A stretch of DNA of 63,528 bases, the filler included, from Reticulomyxa filosa (lineage: Eukaryota > Protista > Foraminifera), in the NCBI GenBank assembly GCA_000512085.1. It is 18 parts of 18 records of this genome, joined end to end, with 100 filler letters (N's around TTAATTAATTAA, not from the genome) between each part and the next. Parts side by side here need not be neighbours in the genome. Positions count along the whole stretch, not along the records: positions 25,346 to 29,814 come from ASPP01027546.1; positions 29,915 to 31,020 come from ASPP01023408.1; positions 31,121 to 32,207 come from ASPP01000631.1; positions 32,308 to 33,947 come from ASPP01025964.1; positions 34,048 to 38,391 come from ASPP01025290.1; 13 more parts are not named here. One strand, given 5' to 3'. The notes below the pieces were generated by a model. That model ran no database searches. It worked only from the letters and a program-made list of their open reading frames with translations, and was not told the DNA's origin. The position numbers and the translations under genes were made by a program. Of this stretch, positions 25,500-38,491 are shown piece by piece (the stretch's first letter is position 1; each line of letters starts with the position of its first letter).

Positions 25500-27042
25500 C
25501 ATATCGTTAATTCCAATCAAATGTTATGAAAGATCGTAATGAAAAGCATTGACAAACATGTCAGCATTTTCGTTATAACATTTGCTCATTGGAATGCAAT
25601 CATGGAAATGGAGAATTATGGTCATGGAGCAAACTTAGAAAGAAAAATATGCAGCAAAGCCAGCCTCAGTGGCTGCTTCAAGATCTCAACTAATTCCAAG
25701 TCCAGCATGAGGTTATGGCTCCAGTCCGCAACATTTCACATACTTTCAACCTTCATCTTTCACTTTGGTATTCATTTATGTATAAATTAAATATAATGTA
25801 ATGTATATTCTCTTTGATATATACCCAATTGTTCAATTTCAGGAGAAAAAAAAAACAAAACAAAAACTAGAAAGGACCATTCAGTGAACCAGTGGAAGAA
25901 ATATCAAAAACTGATGTCGGCATTGGAATCAAGGCAACACCCAACCAAGAAAAAAAAAAATCGTGCAAAGATTGGGAAAAAGAGCGAAAACGGAATTTCA
26001 AACGAGAATACACGACCCACGTAATAACAAAGTGTGGAATGGAAACGGCAACGATGGTACGAAGATTTGCTGACGGTGCAATCCGAGATAGAGAAATTGA
26101 AAAACGAAAGAAACGGGTTGGAAGTAAGAAATAGGAAATTAAAGAGACAAATGCAAGCCAGTTGCAAGCAGAGTTGGAAAACGCAAAGCTAGTCAGTGGA
26201 AGAAAAAGAGATTAATCGAGCAACTGCGAGTAAAGAATAAGTCATTTTATGTGGAATTGAATCAATGTGCTTACAAATGAATGCAAATGACATTCACGAT
26301 CGAACGTCACAATTCCAACAGCAACAGCAACAAGTCAATCAGCAATTGCAATCCAGCGCAATCCAACTCAACCAAAAAACAGCAAAGCGAAGCCACTATT
26401 GTATGAGAACTTGATACATGAAAATAACAGATCAATCAGCTCCATCATGTTGATACAAAGTTGCAGCACGGATATCAAGGTCTTCAACGTCAAAGTCAAT
26501 CTTTACAAGTTGCAAGATTCTTTAGGTAAGTTTCTTTTTGTAGTTTGATTTGAAATAATTAATAACATTTTTCTTTTTTAAATAAATAAATAAGTATAGG
26601 AGGTCAGTCAAAGACATTAATGTTTGTGAGCATCTCACCATCTGTCCAAGATTTAGATCAAACCTTTTGCTCATTACAATTTGCAGATAGAGTAAAAAAT
26701 ACTGCCTTAGGACAAGCAAATCGAAATGTAGTAATAGCAAATGAAGGTTATGTCAATGGTGAGTTTTCATTTGGATCAACAGCAGCCAGTCAACAAGAGA
26801 AACTACGAAGTGAAGTTACAGAAAATGTGGATACAAGCAAACATTATTCTATCAAACGAAATGACAAGCCAAACACTTTGACAGAACAAAATAGCACCGA
26901 AAGTATGTCTGGTCAAAATGAAATGCCAATAAGAAGTCGCTGCAAGTTCACAGAACTTGTTAGGAGTAAAATACAACAAACTTTCTTTCAAATTGGCTGG
27001 GTCTTCCAAAAGCTAATTCTTCAAATTTTGAAAAGTAATTGA
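25500..27042 (+). pseudogene. Kinesin-14 (C-terminal motor) pseudogene lacking most of the motor domain
   Basis: A broken coiled-coil region runs straight into LQDSL|GGQSKTLMFVSISPSVQDLDQTFCSLQFADRV (intron 26526-26599); no P-loop, SSRSH or DLAGSE seen. The 5' boundary is approximate. Confidence 0.8.
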
Positions 27043-27559
27043 TTTCCATGTTATTTGATTTTAGTCACTGACTTTTCTTTTTTTTAATTTTTTAAAAAAT
27101 TTGTGTTGAACGAGATGCACACCCTTTTTTCGAGGTTGTGTTTTTTTTTTTTTGAAAAAGGACCTTTTCTTTACATCAATGCAATTTGAATTTATTTAAA
27201 AAAAAATGAAAGGCATTTGATAACATTAATGTAGCATTATTGGTGGACCATTTGAAACGGTGTTGGAAACCACATGACTTTACCATTGAAACCCACATCA
27301 AGCCCAGAAGTAGGGAAATCTTTTTCTTCATCCTTTTTCACGTTTCACGAATACTTAAGATTTTTTTCAAACTTGAAAGGCTTCTCTCATCTTCATTTTA
27401 AATCTCACTCTCATAACTGTGACTGCCTTGGTACAAAATGTAAAGATTTCCACGTAAGATATTAATCAAAGCAAAAGGATAAATGTACCCTTTTTTTAAT
27501 TAGAGAAACCACCACAAGTAAAAATGTAAACAATTATCCGAAAAAATTAAATAGAACTA

Positions 27560-28120
27560 CAATCAAGTATGGGGAGTTTACAATTTTATGTGATAACAAA
27601 ACAAAATTGCGTACAACAGTAGAAGTGATGAAAAAGGCACACGGCTTAATTTGATTGTTTCTGAATATAAAGTTCTTTAGAAAAACAATCAACACGTCAC
27701 CGATTTCATAATTTTAAATTATGTTCCAAAATATAATGTATATATAAAAAAAGTGCTGATAGTATAAGGAAAATCAGGATCAGGAAAGCATATTTTGTCA
27801 TTTAGAGGAAACATTACCAAATAATTATGAAAATAATTGAAAACAATCAATGTCTGCTATATTTCATTTCCAAAAGTTTATAACAAAAATAATGAAAAAG
27901 GTATTATTTTACAGGCATTAAAAGGTAAATATATTAACAAAGAAATTATGAAATCAATACGTAAAAAAGTATAATTCATATTATGGACTTGGATTTGATA
28001 TATTTGATCAAGGAAGCCAAATTGCAATTGAATCGGATTTTCAACATCGGAATGATAATGAAATTATTTGAATCCAAAAATTGGAATGAAAATAAATGCA
28101 ATATCGATGATTTCTCGCAC
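27560..28120 (+). pseudogene. NACHT-type STAND NTPase remnant
   Basis: KVLIV*GKSGSGK (Walker A, 27768-27788) followed in shifting frames by HLEETL..ISFPK..NEKGIILQAL..INKEIMKSIR; many stops. Confidence 0.7.
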
Positions 28121-28437
28121 GTGCAACGTTTATGTCAATTTTATCTGTTTGTGCACTTTTAAAGTACTCTCAGAAAGATACAAAAGAGCATTAGCTCAAG
28201 TGAAAAAGAACGTTTAATTTTTTGTAAAATATGACAACAAGAAGATAACAATTTAATGATCAATGAAAGATCTTTATGCTAACGCCTTTCTAAGGATATA
28301 CACTATCCGTATGTACGATACTTTTTTTTTTTTAGCAATAGAATTCAACTGTAAGAATATTTCATGTTTTCAATTATTACCTAATTTTTTTTTCGTGGGG
28401 TATTGATTAATCAATTTCTTTGTTATTGGAAAAAACA

Positions 28438-29814
28438 CTATCCCCAAATATGAATAAGGCCCTTGTTTGAACCATAGCACAGATTAATACCACAACTAAG
28501 ATTACTATTGCCTTTTCTGTTCTGTTTTAATTGTAGGAATTTAAAACATAATATTCCACTATCTTCTTTATTATCTCCTTTGATTACATACAATTCATTC
28601 TTATTTGATCGAATATCCCAAAAACGAATTGTATTATCCCTTGACCCAGAACATATCACGTTTGAACTAACACCAATTTCGATATTATTTACCACAAATG
28701 GTGAATATTCGACAACCCTCACTTGACTAGTATGCCATTGAACACTTGAATTTGTTGACCAGATCGAATGTCCCACAAACGAACACTTTGGTCATGTGAT
28801 CCAGATAATATTGTATTTGAACTACCACTTATCTGAGATTCGTTTGATCCATATTTTACACTCATGATCCATTTTTCATGTCCTTTGAATACATTCAATT
28901 GTTTTGTTGTTTCAATATCCCATATTCGAATAGTATTATCAAATGATCCAGAGCAAATGGTATATCCATTTCCACCAATCACACCAATACCATTACTTTC
29001 ATTTTTGTTATTGTTTTGTAGTGGAGAAAAGTCCACGCATATAACGCAATTTTCATGTCCATTGAAAACATGCAATGATTTATATGCTTCGACATCCCAT
29101 AAACGAATGGTTGCGTCATATGATCCACAACACAAGTATCTACCACCATTAAATGACGAAAATTCAATGCCACCAATCCAACCTTTGTGTCCATTCAATA
29201 ATTGCAATTGTATATCATCTTTGATATCCCAAAAACGAATTGTATTGTCAACTGATGAAGAGCAAATGACATGACGATTATTATTATTATTATTATGATA
29301 TGGTGAAAATTTCACACAATACACAGTATTTGAATGTCCATTGAATGATCGAATTTGTTGATTGGTCTCTACATCCCATACACGAACGGTTTTATCAGCT
29401 GATCCAGAACAAATGAATTGATCAGCGCCAAATGTTGAACAATCAATACTACACACATAACTGGTATGTCCACAAAAAGTTTTCAGTAATTTCGATGAGT
29501 AACGAAACGTGTCAAGCATGAAGAAAGGAGCAACCTATATCAAATGACGACTATTAAATAAGTATTTGGACATTCGATTAATAAGAAAAAACATACATAA
29601 TTGATAACAAGTTTGACAAAGTCATGGATCCATCCTAATTTAATGTTTGATATTCGAACCCAATGCCAAATAATTACTTTGATCTCTTCTTCGGACTGAT
29701 TCAATTATTATCAATAATTGCATCAACCAAATCTTAAGAAAAACAGATTTCTAAACAGTAGTGTCGAAATTAGACTTACCACTAATAGTTGTGTTGAAGT
29801 CACTTTTTTACTGA
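28438..29814 (-). pseudogene. WD40-repeat protein with 33-aa N-terminal module; one frameshift at ~28733; 5' end off contig
   Basis: Exons ..-29780, 29695-29597 and 29534-28438; about 7 GH..CSGS.D.T(I/V)R.WD repeats; a 1-nt loss in AATGG^CATACT splits ORFs 28719-29519 and 28438-28776 (true lesion or sequencing error). Confidence 0.9.
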
Positions 29815-29916
29815 NNNNNNNNNNNNNNNNNNNNNNNNNNNNNNNNNNNNNNNNNNNNTTAATTAATTAANNNNNNNNNNNNNNNNNNNNNNNNNNNNNN
29901 NNNNNNNNNNNNNNCT

Positions 29917-30484
29917 TCTTTCATTTCTTCCAGAATTGTTAAATACACTTATGGGACTGGTGCTGGTTGGCCAATTGAAAAAGTTCGATCTCATCCAAAA
30001 ATCAGTGAAGATCACATCAGCAAACACAAATATGTTAGTGAAATTACGAATAAAGAGTACATTTCTGGTTGTTTCTGTACATTTGTGAATAAAGATGAAG
30101 AATTGAAAGTGGGACAAGTTAATTATTGCAATGTTTATTATATCAAATGTTAGTGTTGTTCTGTTTTTTGATTATTTGGTTATTTTACAGATGGTCGAGC
30201 ATAGTTACAGCAAACCAAGTAAAAGTAGCAAAACTGCATTGACTACGATTTATCGTAGTGAGGAAATAGACCCAGGAGTGATCACTGAATGTGAACGTTT
30301 AGGATGTATCGACATTCCATATCCAGAAGATTTTGATGATGTGAAGGATTGCTTTCATGTTCGTTTTTATTTTGGTGAAACCATGATTCGAGTGACAGTA
30401 ACGATGAAAGGAAGAGAATATGTCGAACATGAAGTGCAAATTAAGTATGATTTTGGTGTTCAACATTTGGATGCAGCTGATTGA
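29917..30484 (+). CDS. HSPA12-like atypical Hsp70, C-terminal part
   Basis: ISSRIVKYTYG..CFCTFVNKDEELKVGQ| (intron 30118-30190) ..IYRSEEIDP..CERLGCIDIP..VRFYFGETMIRVTV matches the HSPA12 C-terminal pattern. Confidence 0.75.
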
Positions 30485-30819
30485 AGCTGTTTTTAATGCT
30501 CCCAAAATGAAACATTAGTTTGTATTTCTTTCTCGAAAAATAGCTGTGTTGAAAATTTAACTTCTTTTTCATTCATAAATATAACTATTCAAATTACTTC
30601 GCTCTTTCATGCGATAAGCTTTTCAAGAGCACAAATTGTGACAAAAACTAATATAAAAAATACTAACCAGTTCCTGTGATTATGTTTTTTGAGATTTTTC
30701 AAAAATAAAAGAAATTAAACTAATTCAAATAATAAAAAATAATTCAAAAAAGAAATAAAATTAAGTCCATCTTTTAATAAACCTGTGACAAATATGTGAA
30801 GTAATTGACATCTATCATA

Positions 30820-31020
30820 CGTGCTAAATATTTTAAATTGTCGATATAGAATGTGTTAATTTTTTTCAGATGGTCAATTTATGTTAATATGTTGTGATAG
30901 AACAATTCGGATATGTGACATAGAATTAAAAAATATCAGATGAAGAAATATTTTGATTATCTTCAAAAATTGAAATATCATCTGACAAAATGGTTCAAAG
31001 CAGCAAACAGAAAAATATGT
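30820..31020 (+). pseudogene. Highly decayed WD40 remnant
   Basis: AKYFKLS..FSDGQFMLICCDRTIRICDIELK. Confidence 0.45.
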
Positions 31021-31492
31021 NNNNNNNNNNNNNNNNNNNNNNNNNNNNNNNNNNNNNNNNNNNNTTAATTAATTAANNNNNNNNNNNNNNNNNNNNNNNN
31101 NNNNNNNNNNNNNNNNNNNNATTCATCTTGTATTGCTTGTACATGCACTTCAAAGTAACTGATTTTTAAGCTTAAAAAAATTTTAAAGGTGAACTTCAAA
31201 ATAAATTTTTATTCTAAAAGTACAATAAATAAAATTTAATATCAGCTCACTGCAAGATCATTACATGAAACTGGAGTTGGTTTGTCATTGAGTTTTATAT
31301 TGTGCTTCAATTGATTCACTTTGTTTCGAATTCCAACGCTAATATACTATTCATATTTATAAAAAAAATATTTTCTAGTGCAATTTTTCATGGAGAATCC
31401 GATATAAACAAAAAATCCATTTTGGAATCTCTATCATCAATAAAAATGCGTTTTTTCATTCAAGTTACTTTTTACATTGGGATAGGTTGCGT

Positions 31493-31592
31493 AAAAAAAA
31501 ACATAAAAAAAACAAAAATTAAAAATTGGTCATGCGAACCCTTGGTTCGCATGACTAATTTTTTAATTTTCGTTTTTTTTACTTTTTTTTTT
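31493..31592. repeat. Foldback palindrome with a perfect 12-bp core stem
   Basis: GTCATGCGAACC-ctt-GGTTCGCATGAC (31529-31555), extended by complementary A-rich and T-rich arms. Confidence 0.9.
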
Positions 31593-32389
31593 AATGTGTA
31601 AGTATTTTTTTTTGTTCAGTGTGTTATATATTTTTGCTTTTGGTCGGTTATAAAGTGGTTTTTTTTTAAGTTCGCAGATGTGTTTATTTCTAATTATCAG
31701 CCGAAACAGAAGTTATTACAATAAAATTTGATGTTAAATTGTGTTTGTGTAAGTATCAAAGGAAAACGACAATGTTTATGAAAATGCCAATGACGTGTTG
31801 ACACAAATGTATTTGTAGATAGTAACATTCAAATTTGAGATGATGCTATTTGTCTTTGGACTCATAATCCTTTAATTAACTTTTCAATGATCTTTCGTCT
31901 TTGATTGGTTTTTTTAAAAAGATAATAATTCTCTTTTTCAACAAGTTGAATCCTTAAAAAAAAATTATCATAGCTCGTAATCGACAACGATAGATTGAAT
32001 ATTGTGCTATTTTTTAAAATAACAGTTACAAAAAAAAAACTATAAATATGTATTTGTGTATATAAGGTTGTAAAAAAATAATTACACATTATATTCTAAT
32101 AGATGTAGAAATAATTACCAAAAAACTCAGGAAAATGATAATCATAGTATTGAAAAGGAAATATATATCAATAAAAATTGCATTATGGATTTAATAATAT
32201 TACAGTCNNNNNNNNNNNNNNNNNNNNNNNNNNNNNNNNNNNNNNNNNNNNTTAATTAATTAANNNNNNNNNNNNNNNNNNNNNNNNNNNNNNNNNNNNN
32301 NNNNNNNTTTTTTTTTTTTGCAAATAAAAATAGAAATGAAATATATTTTTTAAAAAAAAAAAAATGTATACGTGTATATGTAAAATTAA

Positions 32390-33830
32390 CATGTGTGGAA
32401 CGATGAATATATCTTTCCAACAACAATTGCTTTTCTTTTTCAAATTGTGTTTGTAAATGTTTGGTCTGATTGTCATGTTGGAGTTGGAGTTGGGCAATTG
32501 AGTTTTGATGTTCTTTTTTGATTTGGTCGAGTTGATCGTCAAAGTTGGTTTGCAAGGATGCAATTTGATTGGTCAAAAGGGCGACTCTCTCTTCCTTCTC
32601 TTGCATCTCTTTGATGGCCTTCTGCAGCTGCTGTGTCTTGTTGTTGTCCAATTGCTTCAGTTTTTTGAAAAAGTGATGATTGATATTCACCAGCAAATTT
32701 GATCGTTGGTTTTCTAACTCGTATTCAAACGCTTTTTTTGTCAGTTTCTTTTGGCGGTGACTGTTGGCATGATTGTCATTGTAATAGTAGTAGTCACTGC
32801 TAAGACGAGAGATCACTTGATACGATTGCTCGTAATAAGACTGCGCCGAGTCGATTTTCCCTAAAATTGTCAATAAATACGCATAATGAAGATAGCCATT
32901 CAAGCAATTGGCATCGATTTTTATTGCCTCCAAATATTTTTTCTCTGCTTCTTCGTATTTGTTCTTTTTTTTTTTTTTAAAAAAAAAAGAAGTATTATGT
33001 TAAATATGTTTATTTCAGTGTCACTCGTTATTATTTATTTTTGTTCCTATGAAAACACAATTGCGTACCATCAAACAGAGACAGTCTCCGTGATCAACAT
33101 GCAGATTGGCATCCGTTGGGAATTCATCCACCATTGATTCATAGCATTTCAATGCTTCGGTATATCGTTCTTGTTTAAGCATTTTGTTTGCTCTTATTGC
33201 AAAAGCGGTTAAAGCAAAGCCCAGTTCTAATTAATCAACATAATAAATATGTATATACATATATTATGTATATATGTATATGTATATATGTATATAAATG
33301 AAGTGATACCTTGTCTTCGCAATAACCAAATCTTTCCACTGAGATAAAAAAAGGGATCGTTTTTAAAGAGTTTTTCAATAACATCAGCATTTAACTCTAC
33401 GTCGTCGACAACACCTCTTTGCTGACCTTATCATTTGCGTTGTGATGGACGGGTCGCGCAAGTGCGGCCGGATTGGGTGTGTGATCTTTTTGTTTGGAGA
33501 AGATGAGAATAAAGTCGTCGGGAGAATAAGAGAGATGCGGAATGTCTTTGAGCGCAGCCAGTAAGTCCTCCCAGCTGAAGTGGGTGGTGAGTTCGAGTAA
33601 ATACGAGCATTTCGACGAAATGTGGATGGGCACTTGGCAGCGATTAAGTGGATCGTGTTGAGCGATTTGGAGGGCTGTTGAATCGAAAACAGCGCCGTTG
33701 CTTCAGGAGATATGGGCGAGAGATCCGTGTTCAATATGTTCGACAGCGTGACTGCCTCACTTTCCTTTGGATATGAAGGAGAAGGGGAGCGTGATTTTTT
33801 TCTTCCATGTGTCCAACCATTAGACTAATT
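32390..33830 (-). CDS. TPR and coiled-coil protein, internal fragment with apparent frameshifts
   Basis: RANKMLKQERYTEALKCYESMVDEFPTDANLHVDHGDCL and YLEAIKIDANCLNGYLHYAYLLTILGKIDSAQSYYEQS are TPR motifs; a Q/E/K coiled coil follows; frame changes occur in 33350-33640. Confidence 0.7.
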
Positions 33831-33911
33831 GAGGATTGCATCACCACAAAAAACATCAAAAAGGGGGGGGGAGAAAAAAATTAATATAAACATAAATATA
33901 TAAATATATAA

Positions 33912-33947
<36 letters not shown>

Positions 33948-34047
33948 NNNNNNNNNNNNNNNNNNNNNNNNNNNNNNNNNNNNNNNNNNNNTTAATTAAT
34001 TAANNNNNNNNNNNNNNNNNNNNNNNNNNNNNNNNNNNNNNNNNNNN

Positions 34048-34553
34048 TATTCGCATCCAAATGGTTTATACCAACAATCTGATATTTTCAAAGGACAGAC
34101 ATTGTCCAAATGATCATTTAATTCTTTGATTTTTCCTTTGAAATCGCATACTATTACTTCATTTCCTTGCTGTTTTCCTTGCACATTTTGTTGAAATTGT
34201 AGTGGACATATCACTTTCAAAGTACCAATATGACGTTTTATTACATCACTTCGATAGTATGTGACATTATCATGCGGCTGAATAGGACATGAATTCGGAT
34301 TGGCTTTCAAAAATTGCTTCAAACAATTCTCACCAATGATAGGTAGTTCACTAGTATCCTTGTGTTGTGGACAAAAAAATTCGGTAGGATAGTTGGCAAC
34401 TTGTTTGCAAAGCAGGCAGATAAAGCTTTCAAATTGCTCTGGCTGATTTAATTGCAATATCCAATTTTTATCGAAGCACAACTGTTCAATAGGAACTGGA
34501 GTTACTCCAATTTTTGTTCCTTTTGGAGTTTTTTCGTCTTCTAATTCGCTCAT
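34048..34553 (-). CDS. RING-like plus TRAF-type zinc-finger protein, N-terminal part
   Basis: CLLC..CPQH..GENCL..CP (degenerate RING), then VICP..CDFKGKIKELNDHL..CPL...CWYKPFGC (TRAF zinc finger). Confidence 0.8.
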
Positions 34554-35429
34554 CTTTTTCCTTGGTCTTCAAAGGGTTTTTTAATGCTATTCAATAAGAT
34601 TGATTTTATGGAGTAGTTTTATGAATGCAAGAGGACAGAACAGAAACTTTTTGTCACTTAGGTTTCGAAAAATTTACAAGCGTCTTCTGATATTTTTGTG
34701 TTATAAATTTTAAAAGTCAGATATAATTTGGAAATCCATCTTTTAGTTTATGACAACTACATACAATAAATGTAATAGATTGAAATGACCCTTGTTAATA
34801 CTTATTGCATTGAAGTTCTTTTTCATTTCTAAAAGTCGTCGTTCTTTTGATAAGTTTTGTTTTTTGAGATTTTCTTAGATAAAGTTTATTTGAACTTTTT
34901 AGATCAAGATCAATGAACAATTTTGCATCTTTTTTCCAATAAGGGGATAAAATATTGTTTTTTGATTTATCCTTTTCTCCTTCTAAAAAAAACTTTGAGA
35001 AAAACTTTTTTGGAGTCGACAAGAATTTTTTTGCTGATACTTGTCCGACTTCATTATTGTAGATGTACTTTAGTGTATGCTAGAATTATTAAAGTAAAAT
35101 TTTATCTTCAAAATAATTTACCAGCCGTACCAAACAAATTAATGTTACTCAAATTTATTTACAACAATTTCATTGACACTTATTGTTAATATTAAGTGTT
35201 TGATATTTATTTTAGATATTACTTGAAAATTTGTTGAATAAAAACATAAAAAAATATTTATATCTTGTGTCGCACACAATTGCAAATTTAATAAGGGGAA
35301 CAAAATTTTACTCATTTCTTTCATTACTTAATAATGCAAAGGAAAGTAATTTTGTAATTATGAAATAAAATTAAAAAAAAATTATTTAAAGATAGCATGG
35401 GTTAGCAAGATATTTTAATTGTGCTTTTT

Positions 35430-36712
35430 TCAAAATTTATTCATTCTAATGCATTTTATAATAATTTTATCAAAATCATCGATCCATCCTAATCTTATCT
35501 TTAATGTTCGAGCCCAATATTCAATAATAAATTTTGTTTCAATGTTTGACTGTTTATTATTTATCAGTTTTATACAATAAAATTTACTTGTGTTTCATCA
35601 AAATAAATATACAAATCATTACCAACAGTGACGAATCCCATACACGCACTTTAGTCTTCATGTGAGTTGATACTGCTGTCTTTGTATTATCTGCTCCTCC
35701 AATGATATGTATATGATTGTCTTCTTTACTCAATATTGCAGCACAATTATATAATGGACTGGGTAACGTGTTTTGAAACGTCGTCCATTTGTCTTCTCGA
35801 ATTGAATACTTGTGCACTGATTTTGAGATAAAAGTGCCAAGAACGGCAGAATTCCATCCACCAAAGAACAAGATGATATCATTGATACACACATATGCAT
35901 ATTTATATAATGATGCAATATTGCGACAAACGTGCAATTTATAAAATTGAAACTTGTTTTTATCTTCATCATATTCAATTGATAATCCTGTCTTGTTACA
36001 AAACAACAGCATTTGACAATTTTGTTTATTTGTTTTCATCATTTCTTGTCCTTGTTCATTTTCTGAATTTGATACAAAGCAATGAAATAATATTTGACTG
36101 TCAATTGGTAAAGTATCATATTTAATAAATCGAAATGTATTTAAATCAAATACACTAATATTATCTTCATAATAAGTGATAAATAACAAATGATTGTTAC
36201 TTCCACCAATCACTGCACGCACTCCAAAATAATCATCATCATCTCTTCCAATGACAATTGGACAATTGTAATTGTCTGTGAAAGGAACCCATTCATTGTA
36301 ATTGTTTAGTTCATTTGATTTGTTTGATATATCACTCCAAACACTTACATATTTCATCACCAATGTATGTTTTTTTCCAAACAGAGAAGACCCAAAAGAC
36401 AACAAAGTGATTTCATTGCTGTGTTTGTTGTTATCTTCTAGTTTCACTACACAGTGTCCATTTAATTTAACATGACTTGGATACTCACAGATAAATTTGT
36501 ATTCGGTTTTTGATTGTATGATAAGAATAACAAGCTCTTTTAAAATAACCTCCACAAATGAGGATTTCGTGTTTGTGTATCACACATTGAACTTGGTCAA
36601 GTGGAGTGTGCAACTCCTTCAAAATTTGAAAGGGAATACTAAGATGTCGACTTTGCTTAGTTTGTTCAGTTTCTCTTTCAGGAGAGTTTTGTGTTTTAGT
36701 TTGATTGGTCAT
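35430..36712 (-). pseudogene. Kelch-type beta-propeller protein with C-terminal 33-aa module; one frameshift at ~36504
   Basis: EILICGG, AVIGG, ILFFGGW..VHKYSIREDKWTTF..LPSP, HIIGG Kelch motifs; intron 35550-35622; last exon SNIETKFIIEYWARTLKIRLGWIDDFDKIII..*; a 1-nt insertion separates ORFs 36485-36712 and 35584-36555. Confidence 0.88.
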
Positions 36713-38491
36713 GTTAATATTGCTGAAGTTTTTTAAGTTTAACTTTTTCTTTAAAAAAGTGATGTGACCCTTTTAAAAAAAGAAAAGGTATTTTACATGG
36801 ACATTTTTTATTTGGTTAATGAAACACAGAAATTGTACATAAGTTGAGCAATGAAAATTCAAATGCATGAATTTGAATTATTGTGAGAACTTTCAGTGAA
36901 AAAGTAACATCATTTGTTAAATATTGTTATCTATCAACCAAAACTGAGTTTGTAACATTTTTTAGCAACTGAGAACCATAAATAAATTGTTATTTGTTCC
37001 ACAAACTATTACACAATAGACATAATCCATATACAAAATATCTTTATTTCAATCACTTTTTTGTAAAAATACACATCAACAAACAAAACCTTGTTTGCTA
37101 GTAAAAAACCAAAAATACTAAAATATTCAAAGAGTTGCGTTCAATGTTTTTTAAAGCACCCAAAAGCATAATTAATGAACATTGTATTCAAATATCAAAA
37201 TAAATTGCAAGATGTTTCGAGTATTGTGTTTTTTTCATTGCAAATCAATACTAATTTTTTTATATTGTTTTTTGTATGTATCGAACACTGTTTTAATCCA
37301 TTTAAAAACTAAATTATGGAATTATTCTATAAACCTTCTAATTACTCAAATTTTATTCTATCCATCAAAAGTTATAAATTTATCTTACAAAATGATTTTA
37401 TTATATAAGTAAAACCAGTTTCTCTATAATTTTCTGATTTCACTGTTGTAATGACTAAATTAATTAATATATAAATTTGTTCTCAATTAATTTACCTGGA
37501 CTGCTTGTTTTTGTCATAAATAGGCATTACTTTTTCAATTAACCTTTTTGAAATAAAGTGTGTAATCACTCGTGTTGTTATCATCTAAGTTGTCAGAAAG
37601 AAATTCATTATTATTTTACAGCATTTAATTATTTTCAAACTATTATGCAACTATACATTGTTTTATTTTATTTTATATTTTTTAAAAAATACAAGTGCCT
37701 TCGCTGAACAATAATGAAAGGTACTGAATACTTATATCAAATTTAGATTAATACATACTGTCTGTTCTTTTGCTAATTCTGATGACATATTACCGCACTA
37801 TACCTCCTTCTTTTATCAGCAACATACACTTTGGAACATTTAAAAAACTTTGGGAAGCCGCGACAAAGCGCAGCTTGAATAAAAACATTATTGAGTCAGG
37901 CCAATCAAAACGATTGTCTGAAGGATGATGCATTGACAGAGTGCACTTATCTTGTATAGATTACCCAACACAAATACATCCTCTCTTTTCCTCCTTTTTG
38001 TTCGAAAAGAAAAAGCCTCACAGTTAAGTGAAAGAAGGATATACAGTAATTGAGAATCCAAAATTAAATCATTTGTTTTATGAACATACCAGGCATGGAA
38101 ACCAAAGAATTTGTGTTATGGTTCAATTAAAGGTAACATTTGTATTTGGAGATAACTTCCTTTTTTTGTCGAATAAGAAATAAAATTGTTTTTGTTTGAA
38201 AAGTTTGACTAAAAGAAAAATAAGGTGATATTAAACATGCTTGATTTGATCAAATGCAAGTATTGAAGATGTGTTTTATCTTATTTTGTTGTTAAAAAAT
38301 TGAAAAAGCTGCATTCAATGTTTTTTGAAGAATTGAAAATCATAATAAATAAAAATTGTGTCCAAATATTAAAATAAATTGCAGAAGATTTNNNNNNNNN
38401 NNNNNNNNNNNNNNNNNNNNNNNNNNNNNNNNNNNTTAATTAATTAANNNNNNNNNNNNNNNNNNNNNNNNNNNNNNNNNNNNNNNNNNNN

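Noticed and set aside
27274-27340. Minus-strand PTSGLD as an ABC-transporter D-loop
   Set aside because: No hydrophobic Walker B (hhhhDE) or signature motif precedes it.
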